IMG/VR virus record: IMGVR_UViG_3300020336_000019
Location: 1 to 38,729 of that record
Length of the DNA stretch: 38,729 bases
Direction: 5' to 3' (one strand)
Origin: a virus
Lineage: Duplodnaviria; Caudoviricetes
In this document: piece after piece, positions 36,807 through 38,729 of the stretch
Position numbering within the stretch: position 1 is the first letter of the stretch
Layout of the letters: every line of letters starts with the position of its first letter
Notes under the pieces: generated by a model
Seen by the model: the letters and a program-made list of their open reading frames with translations, nothing else
Databases searched by the model: none
Told to the model about the DNA's origin: nothing
Position numbers and translations under genes: made by a program

Positions 36807-38069
36807 ATGGCGCATGAAATAGAGCGTAGGAATGGTAAGGAAAGTTTTGCATTCACGGGACGTAAGGTTCCGTGGCATGGTCTGGGTCAAAGTGTAAGTG
36901 ACTCAGTGACTGCGGGTGAAATGTTGAAGGCGGCTAATCTTGATTGGGAGGTCAAGCTGTCTCCTGCTTTTAATCGTGAGCATGGTGATGTGGGTCGCTC
37001 GTTAATTTCAGATACTCAATTTGTTGAGCGATGGCAATTGACTGAGCAAAAGCCTCTAACACCATGGACTGATATCCCTGCTAAAAAATTTGAGTACGTG
37101 GATACTCTGGGAGTGGTTGGTAAATCATTTAAGGCTGTCCAGAACTCGCAATTAGCTGAGGTATTATCGAAGGTATCAGCTACACCGACTAGCGATATCA
37201 AGTGGTCGAGTGCAGGTAGTTTGCGTGGTGGTCGTGACGTGTTCTTTGTCGCTGACTTACCTGATGATGGGTTTAACATACCGGGGGACTCTGAAGATTC
37301 TATAGACTCATACTTGGTAGCTCACGATAGTAAGGTAGGCGCTCATTCGTTGCGCGTATTCCAAACTAGTGTGCGTCCAGTGTGTATGAATACTCTGGTG
37401 GCTAGTTTTGGACAGGCAACTAAGGCTGTGGCGATTCGTCACTCTGGCGACATTAGCCAAAAGATAAAAGCCTTGCAAGGTGCTCTGACTCGAGAGTCTC
37501 AACAGTGGGCTAGGTATCGTGAATGGCTAGGTAATTTATCTGAAGTTGAAATTGATATGGATAATTTTGTCGAGCTTGTAGACGATTACTTTGGGAGGCA
37601 AGATCTTGTGACAGGTAAGGGTAGCAAACTCACTATGTCACTCGATCCTAAAGATCCTTTTTACACTTGGTCTGATGATGGGATTACGCTGTCTGATGGT
37701 GATGAGGTTCCTACTTTAAATCGCAAGCAGCGTAACCTAGTAGATATTAAGGATGGCGTGTATAAGAACTATGCTCGTGAGCGTGGCAACACTCTCTATC
37801 ATGCATTACAGGCAGGTACAGAGTATCTACAGCATGGCAGCCTAGAGCGTCCTAAGAATATTCGTAGTCTCGATACTAACTTCGCTTCAGTGCTGACGGG
37901 TGACACTAATAAGCAGATGTGGGGCTTTGGTAAGGTTGTTGATGATTATGCTGTGGCTGCAGGTAGAGCTTCATTCAATGAGCTAACAGGCAAGCCTCAT
38001 CTAATGGCTGAGATTACTGCACATTATCCAGATGGTAAAACTGAGACTGATTCAGTTCGGATACTGTAG
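36807..38069 (+). CDS. DUF932 family phage/plasmid protein
   Basis: MAHEI...PWHGLG, AANLDWEV, LGVVG..F..VQN, SAGSLRGGR.VF, T.VRPVCMNTL, IRHSG, TEYLQH. Confidence 0.88.
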   Translation: MAHEIERRNGKESFAFTGRKVPWHGLGQSVSDSVTAGEMLKAANLDWEVKLSPAFNREHGDVGRSLISDTQFVERWQLTEQKPLTPWTDIPAKKFEYVDTLGVVGKSFKAVQNSQLAEVLSKVSATPTSDIKWSSAGSLRGGRDVFFVADLPDDGFNIPGDSEDSIDSYLVAHDSKVGAHSLRVFQTSVRPVCMNTLVASFGQATKAVAIRHSGDISQKIKALQGALTRESQQWARYREWLGNLSEVEIDMDNFVELVDDYFGRQDLVTGKGSKLTMSLDPKDPFYTWSDDGITLSDGDEVPTLNRKQRNLVDIKDGVYKNYARERGNTLYHALQAGTEYLQHGSLERPKNIRSLDTNFASVLTGDTNKQMWGFGKVVDDYAVAAGRASFNELTGKPHLMAEITAHYPDGKTETDSVRIL

Positions 38070-38138
38070 TAGTATGTACAGGAGTGTACCCCTAACTAAC
38101 CTTTTTTGATTCACTACAACTCAAATAAGGCACTCATT

Positions 38139-38167
38139 AAGAGGGACCCGCAAGGGTCTCTTTTTTT
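38139..38167 (+). terminator. Intrinsic terminator
   Basis: GAGGGACCC-GCAA-GGGTCTC followed by a T7 run. Confidence 0.88.
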
Positions 38168-38170
38168 GTG

Positions 38171-38372
38171 TGTTTCTCCAGAGTTTCCTTAAAGTTTCTC
38201 TGCTCGAGCGAAGGTAACTCAATAGGAAACTCGAGGAAACTTTTCTAGTTATTTGTTGCTATGTATAAGGCAACTCAGTTTCCTGTTTTGTTGCTGACCT
38301 ATACTAGGGACTGACGTTTCGTCCCATAGGTAACTTAAAAATAAATACTATATAGAGGGTAAAAAGTTTCCT
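38171..38372. repeat. Iteron-like repeat cluster, candidate replication origin
   Basis: About ten copies of AGGHAACT or close variants in both orientations, with an AT-rich tract at 38335-38354. Confidence 0.65.
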
Positions 38373-38431
38373 ACCTCAGACTAACATCTGTACTGGTGGT
38401 GATTGTCTATCTCTGGGATTGTTTTGGAAAT

Positions 38432-38452
38432 AAAAAAAGGGCCAAGTGGCCC
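38432..38452 (-). terminator. Intrinsic terminator
   Basis: Minus strand GGGCC-ACTT-GGCCC-TTTTTTT. Confidence 0.7.
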
Positions 38453-38464
38453 GGTCTACGCATG

Positions 38465-38490
38465 AAAATTGGGAGGCCCGAAGGCCCCCC
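38465..38490 (-). terminator. UUCG hairpin / terminator
   Basis: Minus strand GGGGGGCC-TTCG-GGCCTCCC-AATTTT, just after the stop at 38497. Confidence 0.7.
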
Positions 38491-38496
38491 TGTATT

Positions 38497-38729
38497 TCAC
38501 TCTCGGTATCTGAAAAATCCTGTATCAGGATCCTCCCACACTGCACCGACTGAGACTTGTTCATCTAAGCAGCTAGGACACAGTATCGTACCCTCTACTA
38601 TCTGATATTCAAGAGTCAGTTCACCTACTGGACACTGATCGCACTCCACCTGCTGACACTCCCAACACATATACCCGTCACGCAATTCAAACTCACCACT
38701 TGGTGATTCATGTTCCATTTGTGAGGGTA
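38497..38729 (-). CDS. C-terminal Cys-rich (three CxxC) part of the junction-spanning early protein
   Basis: In frame with 472..1 when the ends are joined (..DSF-I-PSQ-MEHES..). Contains CWEC, CDQC, CPSC. Confidence 0.7.
   Translation of the reverse strand, partial: PSQMEHESPSGEFELRDGYMCWECQQVECDQCPVGELTLEYQIVEGTILCPSCLDEQVSVGAVWEDPDTGFFRYRE

Noticed and set aside
38298-38330. Hammerhead ribozyme suggested by GGGAC-GAAAC-GTC
   Set aside because: No correctly placed CUGANGA core on either strand. Better explained as part of the iteron array.

Overview
The window looks like a complete, circularly permuted genome of a tailed dsDNA phage with podovirus-type (P22-like capsid) architecture. A minus-strand ORF running off base 1 continues in frame at base 38729. 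The plus strand from 830 to 29944 carries two HTH proteins, a stand-alone LexA-type DNA-binding domain, terminase, portal, three putative ejection proteins (one Pro-rich, one with a lytic transglycosylase motif, one of 2796 aa with a GNAT-like motif), scaffold, major capsid, tail and fibre genes, and a lysis region (M23 peptidase, holin, thermonuclease). The minus strand from 36255 to 29995 is a replication/recombination operon (annealase-like protein, primase-helicase, resolvase-like and Cas4-like nucleases) that ends in two predicted cell-surface proteins. A DUF932 gene and an iteron-rich candidate origin, bracketed by convergent terminators, lie at 36807-38490. I recognised no integrase, DNA or RNA polymerase, tRNA or CRISPR array. 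The LexA-like sequence resembles Chloroflexota LexA, which is an inference about the host. The most interesting signals are: (i) SOS-box-like operators at the promoters of both main operons plus a non-cleavable LexA domain, (ii) origin iterons repeated in the leader of the replication operon, (iii) a two-gene surface-protein cassette in the replication operon, (iv) several structured RNA leaders, and (v) a CCTAGG-rich, GC-rich segment near the probable packaging end. All calls come from reading motifs by eye; no database search was run.
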